Origin: an uncultured Verrucomicrobiae bacterium
Lineage (GTDB): Bacteria; Verrucomicrobiota; Verrucomicrobiia; Limisphaerales; Palsa-1400
Assembly: GCA_963702845.1 (NCBI GenBank)
Contig: OY969763.1
Coordinates: forward strand, 5,888,001 to 5,952,000
Length of the DNA stretch: 64,000 nt
Direction: 5' to 3'
Shown here: one piece after another, positions 48,228 through 57,872 of the stretch
Position numbering within the stretch: position 1 is the first letter of the stretch
Layout: each line of letters starts with the position of its first letter
The notes under the pieces: model-generated
What the model was told of the DNA's origin: nothing
Databases searched by the model: none
What the model saw: the letters and a program-made list of their open reading frames with translations, nothing else
Translations under genes and position numbers: made by a program

Positions 48228-49229
48228 ATGAAAATTGGATTATCCTTTTGGTTTACAACCATTGTCACCTCAACTTTAGTCTCGATGTTTTCTGCGCAGG
48301 CGGATCAACCGATCGAAACAGGAGCGCCTAATCTTGTCCCGCATCGCACCAATCCATCGGCCGATGCTGGCGTGCTGCCCGGTGGGACGGCCTCGATAAA
48401 AACGATTTTGTATCAAGGCGGTCCGGTAATGGCGCAGCCGAATGTTTATGTGATTTGGTACGGTAATTGGAACCAGGCCAACGGCACCGATACCGCATCC
48501 GGCCAGCAAATCGTGCGTGATTTTTTACACGCGGTTGGCGGTTCTCCGTATTTCGCGATTAACACCACCTATTCAACGAGCGCGACGTTGATAAATGGCA
48601 ATGTGACGTTTGCAGGGGAAACCAGCGATACCGGTTCGCAAGGGACAAGGTTGACTGACGCCGGCGTGCAGACAGTGGTCAGCAGGGCGATATCGCTGGG
48701 AGCGCTGCCGAAAGATGTAAATGGCGTTTATTTTGTGCTGACGTCATCGGATGTGAACGAAAGCTCGGGCTTCTGCAATAAGTATTGCGGATGGCACACG
48801 CACGGGACGGTGAGTAAAACGGATATCAAGTACGCGTTTGTTGGAAATGCGGCGCGTTGTTTGAGTTCCTGCGCGGCGCAAAACGTCGGCCCGAACGGAA
48901 ACGCGGGTGTCGATGGGATGGTTTCTGTGATCGCGCATGAGTTGGAAGAAGCGACGAGCGACCCCGACTTGAACGCGTGGTATGACCGTCAGGGCCAGGA
49001 GAATGCGGACAAATGCGCATGGACTTTCGGACAGCATCAATATCAAGCAGCAAACGGTGCGTGGGCCAACATGGGTTGGGACTATTTAAATGCGACGACG
49101 GGAACCGTTCTTTATCACCGCGATTACTTGATCCAACGCAACTTGCTTCGCACGTTCAACGGAAGCGGCGCAGAAACTGATTTCTGCGCGACTGCGTACG
49201 ATCCGGCGACGAAGACTTACCAGCAGTAA
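48228..49229 (+). CDS. Secreted EXORDIUM/Phi-1-like protein, paralogue 2
   Basis: Same motif series (YQGGPVM, VIWYGNW, GVYFVLTSSDV, YCGWH, PNGNAGVDGMVSVIAHELEEATSDPDLNAWY); signal peptide. Confidence 0.83.
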   Translation: MKIGLSFWFTTIVTSTLVSMFSAQADQPIETGAPNLVPHRTNPSADAGVLPGGTASIKTILYQGGPVMAQPNVYVIWYGNWNQANGTDTASGQQIVRDFLHAVGGSPYFAINTTYSTSATLINGNVTFAGETSDTGSQGTRLTDAGVQTVVSRAISLGALPKDVNGVYFVLTSSDVNESSGFCNKYCGWHTHGTVSKTDIKYAFVGNAARCLSSCAAQNVGPNGNAGVDGMVSVIAHELEEATSDPDLNAWYDRQGQENADKCAWTFGQHQYQAANGAWANMGWDYLNATTGTVLYHRDYLIQRNLLRTFNGSGAETDFCATAYDPATKTYQQ

Positions 49230-50054
49230 TCACGGCGCTGCGGCTGCAGCCTTCGATCCATTTGCAGACAGGAGTTCGTCCAATTTGTTTTGGAAGAACT
49301 CGTAGGACTGCGCCCCGAGCGTGACTTGCGACGCTTTCAAAAACGCGCCGTCGTCACTCAACGTTCCAATCAGAAAGGCAGGGGTGCCGTCGACGTGCAA
49401 GCGTTCGGCGGTGGCGACACTTCGTTGAATTGCGACGTCGTATTTGTTGGCACCGATGCAGGCGGCGAATTTGTTCACATCGAGACCAATCGCTTGCGCG
49501 AGGTTGGGGATGTCGGCTTCGGTCATCGGTTGTTGGTGGGCGAACAAGTAGTCGTGCATTTCCCAAAATTTGGCCTGCTCACCGGCGCAGCGGGCGACTT
49601 TTGCTTTGAAGAGCGCGTTGGGATGTTCCGGCAGGGGGAGGTCGCGAAAGAACAGTTTCACTTTGCCGGTATCGGCGTAATTCGCGGTGATTTTGGGAAG
49701 GATTTTGACTGCGTAGTCGGCGCAGAAGGCACAGTCGAAATCGGAATATTGTAGAATGGCGACGCGCGCCTTGGCCTTGCCACGAAAGGGTTCGCCATGA
49801 ACGTTGATGGAGAGAAAGCTGGGCGCTGGCTTTGCCTCAGCGGTGGGCCGTTGCTTTAGGAGTGTTCGAATTTCGTCGAGCTGCTTGAGGATCTGTTCCT
49901 GTCCTTTGCGGAGGTCCTCAATTTGTTCCTGAACCGATTTTGTCGGCGACGTTTTTGCCTCGTCCGCAACAGCAATGGCACACGACGCCATGGCGCAGAT
50001 TAGAAGTAAAAGTGAGACTCGCGTAACGAATAGCATCGAGGAAATCTTATGCAC
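49230..50054 (-). CDS. DsbA-family thiol-disulfide oxidoreductase
   Basis: YSDFDCAFC, FRDLPL..H, FWEMHD.LF and VDGTPAF; signal peptide. Confidence 0.88.
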   Translation of the reverse strand: MHKISSMLFVTRVSLLLLICAMASCAIAVADEAKTSPTKSVQEQIEDLRKGQEQILKQLDEIRTLLKQRPTAEAKPAPSFLSINVHGEPFRGKAKARVAILQYSDFDCAFCADYAVKILPKITANYADTGKVKLFFRDLPLPEHPNALFKAKVARCAGEQAKFWEMHDYLFAHQQPMTEADIPNLAQAIGLDVNKFAACIGANKYDVAIQRSVATAERLHVDGTPAFLIGTLSDDGAFLKASQVTLGAQSYEFFQNKLDELLSANGSKAAAAAP

Positions 50055-50120
50055 GGAGCAGGCCCAACGCTAGTTGAGAAACTTGCGTTGCCGTGCGATT
50101 TTAAATAAGGAGGGCTCGTT

Positions 50121-50882
50121 ATGTTGAAAACTGTCAACAATTTGCGGAAATATACACTCCATGCGACGGATGGTCTGATTGGAAATATTAAAGACTGTTA
50201 TTTCGACGACGAGCGCTGGACGGTTCGGTATCTGGTCGTTCACACCGGCGCGTGGTTGATGGGTCGGGATGTATTGATTTCGCCCATTGCAGCACGGGGT
50301 TTTAATGAAGATGAAAAGAGTCTCATTGTCGACCTGACCAAAGCGAAGGTGGAGAAGAGCCCAGGAATTGATACTGCGGAACCGATTTCGCGGCTACAGG
50401 AACGCGAGTATTTCCAGTATTATGGATGGCCTTATTATTGGGGCGGACCCGGTGTGTGGGGTTGGGGCGGTGTGCCGGCGCCGGTTATTCCGGTGCCCGA
50501 AGCGGCTCCTCCGCGAGAGTTACCGCATGAGGGCGGCGAGGGGGACGTGCATCTACGCAGCGCGTTAGAAATACACGGCTATCACATCCAGGCGACCGAC
50601 CAGGAAATCGGGCACGTCGAAGATTTCATTTTGGACAACGCGACCTGGACGGTAACGGATTTGTTGATTGATACGCGCAATTGGTGGCCAGGAAAGAAGG
50701 TCTTGATACCCCACGCGCTTGTCCAAAATGTAAGTTGGGTTGACCGAACAATTACTGTTGAGCTCTCAGCAGAACAAATCAGGCAGGCGCCCGAGTACGA
50801 CGCCGATGCCGGATTGAATGCCCAATATCAGCGGGATGTCCGCAAATATTACGAGGGCATGCTCGCTGCGGCGGCGCATTGA
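50121..50882 (+). CDS. PRC-barrel domain protein (two repeats)
   Basis: ATDGLIGNIKDCYFDDERWTVRYLVV and ATDQEIGHVEDFILD...RNWWPGKKVLI; AAGGAGG RBS. Confidence 0.88.
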   Translation: MLKTVNNLRKYTLHATDGLIGNIKDCYFDDERWTVRYLVVHTGAWLMGRDVLISPIAARGFNEDEKSLIVDLTKAKVEKSPGIDTAEPISRLQEREYFQYYGWPYYWGGPGVWGWGGVPAPVIPVPEAAPPRELPHEGGEGDVHLRSALEIHGYHIQATDQEIGHVEDFILDNATWTVTDLLIDTRNWWPGKKVLIPHALVQNVSWVDRTITVELSAEQIRQAPEYDADAGLNAQYQRDVRKYYEGMLAAAAH

Positions 50883-52073
50883 TTATTTCAGGTGTTCGTC
50901 GAAAAAGGCCCAGGCGCGATCGCGAGCTTCCGGCACGAAACCGTGCCCGCCTTCGAATGTGAAGAGTTGGAAATTCTCTGGTTTGTTTGCGCGCGCGTAG
51001 ACTGCTTTCACATCGCTGCGCATCCATTCCGTGTCGCCAAGATGCGGGAATATTGAATCCTGTAGTGCTGCGGAAATGAAGAGTGGGCGAGGCGAAATGG
51101 CGGCGAAGAGGTGGTGGAAGTCGATGGGCGTGCCTTGCATGTGGCTTTCAAAGCCGCCAAGTCGCGGGATCAATGCTGTGTTGCGAAACCAGCGGGCCGG
51201 TGTTGGATCCCAGCGGAAGGTTGTAAATCCACAACTTACCACGCCCGCTTTGATGCGCGGATCGAACGCCATCGCAAAGAGCGTTCCGTAGCCACCGTGC
51301 GAATGGCCGATGCAGCCGATCCGCGATGCATCGACTTCCGGCAGCGATTGCAAGTAATCCACGGCGCGCATCGTGTCATCGACCATCTTCGAGAGAATGC
51401 TGCGGCCAGCGTTGCCTTTGTAGATGCGAACGGCATCGCCATAGTGACAATAGAACGTGCCGCCGACCTGATAGCGTTCACCGAAACAAATTACGTCGGG
51501 ACAGAGCGTGACGAAGCCGCGTTCGGCGAGGAGCGGCCCGTATTCCAATTCTGGTTTTAATTCGTCGACGCCAGCGGTTTGGTCTTTGCCGCTGCGGACG
51601 GTTTGATGGAGACAGAGGATGGCAGGGAATTTGTGGGTTTGGGCGCTATCGTTTTTTGGCGATGAGAGGCGGACGAATGAGGCCGAGATTGTTTTTGGAA
51701 TGAAGAGCCAGGCGCGGATGGGTTCTCCAGGGTCGCCGATATATTCAATCTTCTTCCGGGTGAACTTTGGAAATTCTTTTACTTCGAGGACGCGTGCGTG
51801 TAGCGGGCCGGTGTTGCGTGATGATGGGCCGAGCAGATCGCGCCAGGCTTCAAGGATTTGAGTGCGTAAGGCGGGGTTGTTTTTGGGCGCGTCTTTTCCG
51901 TCGATTCGAAAATTGAGAGACGCTTCGTAGTTTGTTTTGCCGGTTTGCGAGGTGCGAATCGCGCATACCTGTTCGGGATGGGTTTTCCGATATTCGTCGT
52001 AATTCCACTGCGCGGGTTCAGCGGCGAAAACTGTGACCGCAATCAAGCCTGTGAAAAGGGTAAGAAGGCGCAT
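50883..52073 (-). CDS. Secreted alpha/beta hydrolase (dienelactone-hydrolase/esterase-like)
   Basis: PAILCLH, RAVDYLQSLPEVDASRIGCIGHSHGG nucleophile elbow, and a C-terminal GGH. Confidence 0.85.
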   Translation of the reverse strand: MRLLTLFTGLIAVTVFAAEPAQWNYDEYRKTHPEQVCAIRTSQTGKTNYEASLNFRIDGKDAPKNNPALRTQILEAWRDLLGPSSRNTGPLHARVLEVKEFPKFTRKKIEYIGDPGEPIRAWLFIPKTISASFVRLSSPKNDSAQTHKFPAILCLHQTVRSGKDQTAGVDELKPELEYGPLLAERGFVTLCPDVICFGERYQVGGTFYCHYGDAVRIYKGNAGRSILSKMVDDTMRAVDYLQSLPEVDASRIGCIGHSHGGYGTLFAMAFDPRIKAGVVSCGFTTFRWDPTPARWFRNTALIPRLGGFESHMQGTPIDFHHLFAAISPRPLFISAALQDSIFPHLGDTEWMRSDVKAVYARANKPENFQLFTFEGGHGFVPEARDRAWAFFDEHLK

Positions 52074-52193
52074 TGGCCGAGCATATCACAGAGAAGATTG
52101 GGTGGCAGCAAAGCAATTTCTGTTAAGCAGAAGCCAACAAAGGGTAAGCCGATTCCGCCGAAACCGGCCATTTTTAGCCGTCGTTTGTAAGAG

Positions 52194-54722
52194 ATGTTAG
52201 AGACGGTTCCATCACGCACTCAGCATTCCCGGGCCGAGCAATGTTTTCATTGCGGCGAGCCGGTCGGGAAAGGGCGGTTTGCGTACGAAAGTAAAGCGTT
52301 CTGTTGCCAGGGATGCATGACTGTTTTTCAATTGCTGACGGAAAACGGGCTTGAGGATTTTTATTCTATGAGCGACGCAGCCGGGGTGCGTATCACCGGT
52401 CCCGTCGGAAATGGCCGCTTCGCTTATCTCGATGATGCGGCGGTTCGCGCGAAGTTGGTGGATTACTCCGATGACAAGATCACGAAGGTGACGTTCCGCG
52501 CGCCATCCATGCATTGTATTGCGTGTGTCTGGTTGCTCGAAAACTTGTTTCGGCTGAAGTCGGGCATTGCCGAATCGCGTGTGCGGTTTTTGCAGAAGGA
52601 AGTGGCGATGACGTTCGACACGGCGCGGGTGAAGCTCAGTGAGGTCGTGACGTTGCTGACGTCGTTGGGTTATGAACCGGAGCTGAAACTTTCAGACCTC
52701 GACAAGAAACAGACCAGCCCAGTGGCGCGCCGATTGTGGATGCAAATCGGGTTCGCGGGTTTTGCGTTCGGCAACATCATGTTGATGAGTTTGTCGTCCT
52801 ACTTCGGGTTGGACGCGTTTGAGGCGGCGTGGTTCAAACCGTTCTTAGGTTACGTGAGCCTCGCACTGGTGTTGCCGGTGGTTTTTTTCAGCGCGGCGGA
52901 TTATTGGAAGGCGGCTTGGCGCAGTATTTGGCAACGAAGCATTTCGTTGGATGTTCCGATCGCGGTTGGCGTCGCGGCGTTGTTTGCGGAGAGTGCTTTT
53001 GAAGTGGTGAGTGGGCGTGGGGATGGTTACTGCGATTCACTGGCTGGGCTGCTGTTTTTTCTGCTGAGCGGGAAATTGTTTCAGCAAAAGATTTTTGATC
53101 GGCTGGCGTTTGATCGGGATTACAAATCGTTTTTCCCTCTGTCGGTGACACGTCGGGACGGAGAGCGCGACGAGCACTGTTCGCTTTCACAGTTGCGCGT
53201 CGGTGATCGGCTGGTGCTTCGTCATGGTGAATTGATTCCAGCGGACGCGCGGCTTGTATCTGGAGGCGCGGTGGTCGATTACAGCTTCGTTACCGGTGAA
53301 TCGGCGCCGGTTGAAAAGTGTGCCGGGGAGCATCTTTTTGCCGGTGGTCGGCAGGCGGGCGGGACCATCGAAATCCAAACCGTTAAAGAGGTTTCGCAAA
53401 GTTACCTTACATCGCTCTGGAACCAGAAGCCGTTCCAGAAAGAGAAGAGCACGACGCTAGATTCGCTCACAAACCAATATAGTCGCCGGTTCACGAAAAT
53501 TGTTTTCGGGATTGCGATTGCGGCGGGGTTGTTCTGGAGTTTTAGCAACGCGGGAAAAGCGATCAATGCGTTCACCGCAGTGTTGATCGTTGCGTGTCCT
53601 TGTGCGCTGGCGCTGGCGGCGCCATTTGCCTTGGGCGCGGCGCAACGATTCCTGGCGCGCAAAAATATTTTTCTGAAGAACACGGGCGTGCTCGAAACAC
53701 TGGCGCGTGTTGATCACATCGTATTTGACAAAACCGGGACACTTACGTCGGCAGGAGCGGGGGAGGTTCGTTTTTGTGGAGGTTCGTTAACGACGCAGGA
53801 GCGGCAATGGATTGGTGCGTTGACGCAGGACTCGACTCATCCTTACGCAACGCGGATTTGTGAAACGCTGCCGAACAGCAATGTCAGCGTTCGTTCGTTC
53901 TCGGAGACCGCCGGGTGCGGAATCACGGGGACGATCGGCGGGACGCGCATCGAAATGGGGTCGCGCGTTTGGCTCGAACAAAGCGGAATCTGCGTTCCGC
54001 AAAATGATCAGGCAGGTAGCCAGGTGCATGTGGCTATTGGCGGTGTTTATCGTGGGACTTTTGTTCTCACCAGCGCTTTACGGCCGCAAACGACGCGCAT
54101 GATTGAGAGCGTTCGTTGCAAAATGACTTTGCTGAGCGGCGACAATGAGAAGGAGCGGGCTTTGTTTGCCACGGTTTTCGGCAATGCAGAAATGCGTTTC
54201 AACCAAAGCCCGCACGACAAGCTGACCTACATCGGCGACATGCAGGCGAATGGGCGCACGGTAATGATGGTGGGCGATGGATTGAATGATGCCGGGGCTC
54301 TGAAGCAGAGCGATGTGGGCGTCGCGGTGGTTGAGAACGTGAACGCGTTTTCACCGGCGAGTGATGTGATTGTTTCGGGAGATGTGGTGCCGCGGTTGGA
54401 TAAGGTTTTGGAATTTGCAAAGAGCTGCGTGCGGATTGTGAGGTGGAGTTTCGTTGTTTCCGCGCTTTACAACATTGTTGGTCTGGCGATTGCGGCGCGC
54501 GCAGAACTGTCGCCGGTGATTTGCGCGGTGTTGATGCCGATGAGTTCGTTGACGGTGGTTTTGTTTGCGTGTGGGGCGGTGACATTGGCGGCGAAGAAGT
54601 TGAATTCTTCAGAGTGCGCCCGTCCTCGGGCGCAGCAACGTATCGCGCGAGGAACTTCGGACCTTGCTGCGGCCGAGGACGGACGCACTCCGGCATTGCG
54701 TTACGCGGAGGTGGTGCAATGA
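52194..54722 (+). CDS. ccoI: Cu-transporting P1B ATPase for cbb3 assembly (CcoI/FixI)
   Basis: CFHCG...FCCQGC, MHCIAC, TGES, ACPCAL, FDKTGT and MVGDGLND; first gene of the cco locus. Confidence 0.93.
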   Translation: MLETVPSRTQHSRAEQCFHCGEPVGKGRFAYESKAFCCQGCMTVFQLLTENGLEDFYSMSDAAGVRITGPVGNGRFAYLDDAAVRAKLVDYSDDKITKVTFRAPSMHCIACVWLLENLFRLKSGIAESRVRFLQKEVAMTFDTARVKLSEVVTLLTSLGYEPELKLSDLDKKQTSPVARRLWMQIGFAGFAFGNIMLMSLSSYFGLDAFEAAWFKPFLGYVSLALVLPVVFFSAADYWKAAWRSIWQRSISLDVPIAVGVAALFAESAFEVVSGRGDGYCDSLAGLLFFLLSGKLFQQKIFDRLAFDRDYKSFFPLSVTRRDGERDEHCSLSQLRVGDRLVLRHGELIPADARLVSGGAVVDYSFVTGESAPVEKCAGEHLFAGGRQAGGTIEIQTVKEVSQSYLTSLWNQKPFQKEKSTTLDSLTNQYSRRFTKIVFGIAIAAGLFWSFSNAGKAINAFTAVLIVACPCALALAAPFALGAAQRFLARKNIFLKNTGVLETLARVDHIVFDKTGTLTSAGAGEVRFCGGSLTTQERQWIGALTQDSTHPYATRICETLPNSNVSVRSFSETAGCGITGTIGGTRIEMGSRVWLEQSGICVPQNDQAGSQVHVAIGGVYRGTFVLTSALRPQTTRMIESVRCKMTLLSGDNEKERALFATVFGNAEMRFNQSPHDKLTYIGDMQANGRTVMMVGDGLNDAGALKQSDVGVAVVENVNAFSPASDVIVSGDVVPRLDKVLEFAKSCVRIVRWSFVVSALYNIVGLAIAARAELSPVICAVLMPMSSLTVVLFACGAVTLAAKKLNSSECARPRAQQRIARGTSDLAAAEDGRTPALRYAEVVQ
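54612..54690. repeat. 27-bp-arm inverted repeat inside the ccoI 3' end
   Basis: GAGTGCGCCCGTCCTCGGGCGCAGCAA...TTGCTGCGGCCGAGGACGGACGCACTC, two mismatches between arms. Confidence 0.8.
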
Positions 54723-54904
54723 ACGTCATTTTTCTTCTTATCCCTTTAAGCATTTTGCTCGCGGGTTGTTTTCTTGGGGCATTCATCTGGGCGATTCGTT
54801 CCGGCCAATACGAAGACACGTGCACGCCATCAATGCGGCTGCTCGCTGACGAGCCGAAGCAAAAATCCAAGCAATTTCGAGGCGAAGCCTCAGTAAAAGA
54901 TTAA
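54719..54904 (+). CDS. ccoS: cbb3 oxidase maturation protein CcoS/FixS
   Basis: MNVIFLLIPLSILLAGCFLGAFIWAIRSGQYED; ATGA overlap with the ccoI stop. Confidence 0.92.
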   Translation: MNVIFLLIPLSILLAGCFLGAFIWAIRSGQYEDTCTPSMRLLADEPKQKSKQFRGEASVKD

Positions 54905-54906
54905 CT

Positions 54907-57090
54907 ATGAGCCAAACAACAACAGCACCCTTAACTTCGGCCGCGACGCGGATCGAGACGTTTAAGTACGACAATCGGATCGTGCGCGCGTTCGCGATTG
55001 CAACGGTCATCTGGGGAATCGTCGGTATGCTCGCGGGGTTAACCGCCGCGATCCAACTTTTCTACCCCGCCGCGAACCTTAACCTGCAATACGTCACATT
55101 CGGAAGATTGCGACCACTGCACACCAACGCGGTGATTTTCGCGTTCGTCGGCAACGGTATGTTCATGGGAATTTACTATTCGCTGCAGCGTCTGTGCAAA
55201 GCGCGGATGTTCAGCGACGTGCTCTCGTGGATAAATTTCTGGGGGTGGAACGCGATTATCGTCGCCGCTGCCATCACGCTGCCGCTGGGGTTAACAACAA
55301 GTAAAGAATACGCGGAGCTGGAGTGGCCGATCGATATCGCCATCGCGGTTGTATGGGTGGTTTTTACGGTCAACCTGCTTGGGACGATTATCAAACGCCG
55401 CGAGAAACATCTCTACGTTGCAATTTGGTTTTATATTGCGACGGCAATCACGGTGGCGCTGTTGCATATCGTGAACTCTTTGGAAGTTCCGGCTGGCGCG
55501 TTCAAGAGTTACTCGATTTACGCCGGTGTGCAAGATGCGCTGGTGCAATGGTGGTATGGACACAACGCGGTCGCGTTCTTCCTCACGACGCCCTATCTCG
55601 GCTTGATGTATTATTTCCTGCCGAAAGCGGCGAACCGTCCCGTGTTTTCGTATCGGCTTTCGATCATCCACTTTTGGGCGTTGATCTTTGTGTATATCTG
55701 GGCTGGGCCGCATCACTTACTCTATACCGCCTTGCCCGATTGGGCGCAGTCGCTGGGCATGGCGTTCTCGGTCATGCTCGTGGCTCCGTCGTGGGGCGGT
55801 ATGTTAAACGGGTTGCTCACGTTGCGTGGCGCGTGGGACAAGGTTCGTCAGGATCCGATGCTAAAATTCATGGTCGTGGCCGTGACTGCTTACGGGATGG
55901 CGACACTTGAGGGCCCGATGCTTGCCATCAAAAGCGTCAATTCACTCTCGCACTATACCGATTGGACGATTGCACATGTTCACACTGGCGCGCTCGGTTG
56001 GAACGGTTTCCTGACCTTCAGCATGTTGTATTGGCTTATTCCACGGCTCTACGACACGAAGTTGTGGTCGACGAAGCTTGCGAATTACCATTTCTGGGTC
56101 GCGCTGCTCGGCATGGTTTTCTATGTCGTGCCGATGTATTGGAGCGGCATCACGCAAGGCGTGATGTGGAAGCAATTCACGGCTGACGGCTTCCTGCAAT
56201 ACCCGAATTTCCTTACGACGGTCTTGCAGATTGTCCCGATGTATCGCCTGCGTGCTATCGGCGGCACTCTCTATCTCATTGGCGCGTTCATGATGGCTTA
56301 CAATTTGTGGAAGACTGCGCGTGCGGGAAGTTTTGTTCCTGAACAGGAGGTGCAAGTTGCGGTGGCGGCCCCAGCCGTTAAGGAAGATAAACGTTGGACA
56401 CATCGCTGGCTTGAAGCCAAGCCGATGACCCTGACCGCGCTTGCGTTCGTTGCGGTGCTCATCGGTGGCGCGCTCGAAATCATTCCGATGATTCTGGTGA
56501 AAGAGAACGTGCCGGTGATTGCGAGCGTTAAGCCTTACACACCGCTCGAAGTCCTCGGGCGTGACATTTATATCCGCGAGGGCTGCGTTGGTTGTCATTC
56601 GCAAATGATTCGTCCGTTCCGCTCTGAAACGGAACGTTACGGTGAATACTCGAAGGCTGGGGAATTTGTTTACGATCACCCGTTCTTGTGGGGTTCGAAA
56701 CGGACTGGACCCGATTTGCATCGCATCGGCGGACGTTATCCGGACGCGTGGCACTACAATCACTTGGATGATCCGCGAAGCACTTCACCTGGATCGATCA
56801 TGCCGCGTTATCCCTGGTTGCTGACACAGAAGCTCGACACCGATTGTTTGCCGGCGCGTATTGGAGCGTTGCGCAAAGTGGGCGTGCCGTATCCGGCGGG
56901 TTACGAGGGTAAGGCGCTTGGCGAATTAAAGGCGCAAGCCAATACCATCGTCAACAACCTAAAGGGCGGCCAGGTCACCACTGAGGCGGACAAAGAAATC
57001 GTTGCAGTCATCGCGTATCTGCAACGGCTCGGGACCGATATCAAGGCGAGCCCGAAAGCGGCTCTAACCAACTCAACCGCGAGCAACTGA
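54907..57090 (+). CDS. ccoN: cbb3-type cytochrome c oxidase fused subunit I/II (CcoNO)
   Basis: FGRLRPLHTNAVIF, QWWYGHNAV, WAGPHHL and HVH, then YIREGCVGCHSQMIRP and WGSKRTGPDL in one ORF. Confidence 0.96.
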   Translation: MSQTTTAPLTSAATRIETFKYDNRIVRAFAIATVIWGIVGMLAGLTAAIQLFYPAANLNLQYVTFGRLRPLHTNAVIFAFVGNGMFMGIYYSLQRLCKARMFSDVLSWINFWGWNAIIVAAAITLPLGLTTSKEYAELEWPIDIAIAVVWVVFTVNLLGTIIKRREKHLYVAIWFYIATAITVALLHIVNSLEVPAGAFKSYSIYAGVQDALVQWWYGHNAVAFFLTTPYLGLMYYFLPKAANRPVFSYRLSIIHFWALIFVYIWAGPHHLLYTALPDWAQSLGMAFSVMLVAPSWGGMLNGLLTLRGAWDKVRQDPMLKFMVVAVTAYGMATLEGPMLAIKSVNSLSHYTDWTIAHVHTGALGWNGFLTFSMLYWLIPRLYDTKLWSTKLANYHFWVALLGMVFYVVPMYWSGITQGVMWKQFTADGFLQYPNFLTTVLQIVPMYRLRAIGGTLYLIGAFMMAYNLWKTARAGSFVPEQEVQVAVAAPAVKEDKRWTHRWLEAKPMTLTALAFVAVLIGGALEIIPMILVKENVPVIASVKPYTPLEVLGRDIYIREGCVGCHSQMIRPFRSETERYGEYSKAGEFVYDHPFLWGSKRTGPDLHRIGGRYPDAWHYNHLDDPRSTSPGSIMPRYPWLLTQKLDTDCLPARIGALRKVGVPYPAGYEGKALGELKAQANTIVNNLKGGQVTTEADKEIVAVIAYLQRLGTDIKASPKAALTNSTASN

Positions 57091-57094
57091 TTTT

Positions 57095-57286
57095 ATGATT
57101 CACAAATTCATTGAAAGCGTCGGCGGCGTCGGCGCATTCGGCACGATTTCCGTTTGTCTTTTCGGAATGGTTTTCACTGGTGCGCTTATCTGGGCGTGGC
57201 GGCAGAACAAAATGTTTCTCAACAAAATGAGTGCAATGCCATTGGAAGAAGAGACCGCCTCGCGCGTGGGCAAAGGAGCGAATTAA
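57095..57286 (+). CDS. ccoQ: cbb3 oxidase small subunit, CcoQ-like
   Basis: Single-TM 63-aa ORF ending ..KMSAMPLEE.., between ccoNO and ccoP. Confidence 0.75.
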   Translation: MIHKFIESVGGVGAFGTISVCLFGMVFTGALIWAWRQNKMFLNKMSAMPLEEETASRVGKGAN

Positions 57287-57287
57287 T

Positions 57288-57872
57288 ATGAGCGAAGAAA
57301 GAGACCCATTATTGCTCGACCACGAAATTGACGGCATCCAGGAGTTGGACAATAACCTGCCGCGTTGGTGGGTGTGGCTGTTCGTGTTGTCGACGGTATT
57401 CGCGTTCGTTTACATGATGTATTACCACGTGCTGCGCGTTGGTGACTTGCAAGCGGTGGAATATGCCAAGGAAGCGAAAGCGGGTGACGCGATCAAGGCC
57501 ACGGCGCTTGCGAAATTTGAAACGTCGATCGCGACGCTTGAACCGTCGAAAGATGAAGCCGTTCTCAACAGTGGAAAAACAGTTTTCATGCGGATGTGCG
57601 CTCCCTGTCACCGGGCTGACGCCGGTGGTTTGGTGGGACCGAATTTGTGCGATGACTATTGGATCCACGGCTCGGCCTTTTCTGATAACCTGAAGGTAAT
57701 CGTCAACGGCGTGCCGCAGAAAGGTATGTTGACCTGGAAAGGCATTCTCAAACCGAACGAGATTCACGCCGTGGCAAGTTACATCTATACCCTGCGCGGG
57801 ACGCATCCGGTGAATCCGAAGCCACCGGAGAATCAACAAACGGCACCGGCTGGTCCGAGTGTGTATGAGTGA
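57288..57872 (+). CDS. ccoP: cbb3 oxidase subunit III (CcoP), single-heme form
   Basis: DHEIDGIQELDNNLPRWW (FixP N-terminus), one CAPCH and GPNLCDDYWIHG. Confidence 0.92.
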   Translation: MSEERDPLLLDHEIDGIQELDNNLPRWWVWLFVLSTVFAFVYMMYYHVLRVGDLQAVEYAKEAKAGDAIKATALAKFETSIATLEPSKDEAVLNSGKTVFMRMCAPCHRADAGGLVGPNLCDDYWIHGSAFSDNLKVIVNGVPQKGMLTWKGILKPNEIHAVASYIYTLRGTHPVNPKPPENQQTAPAGPSVYE

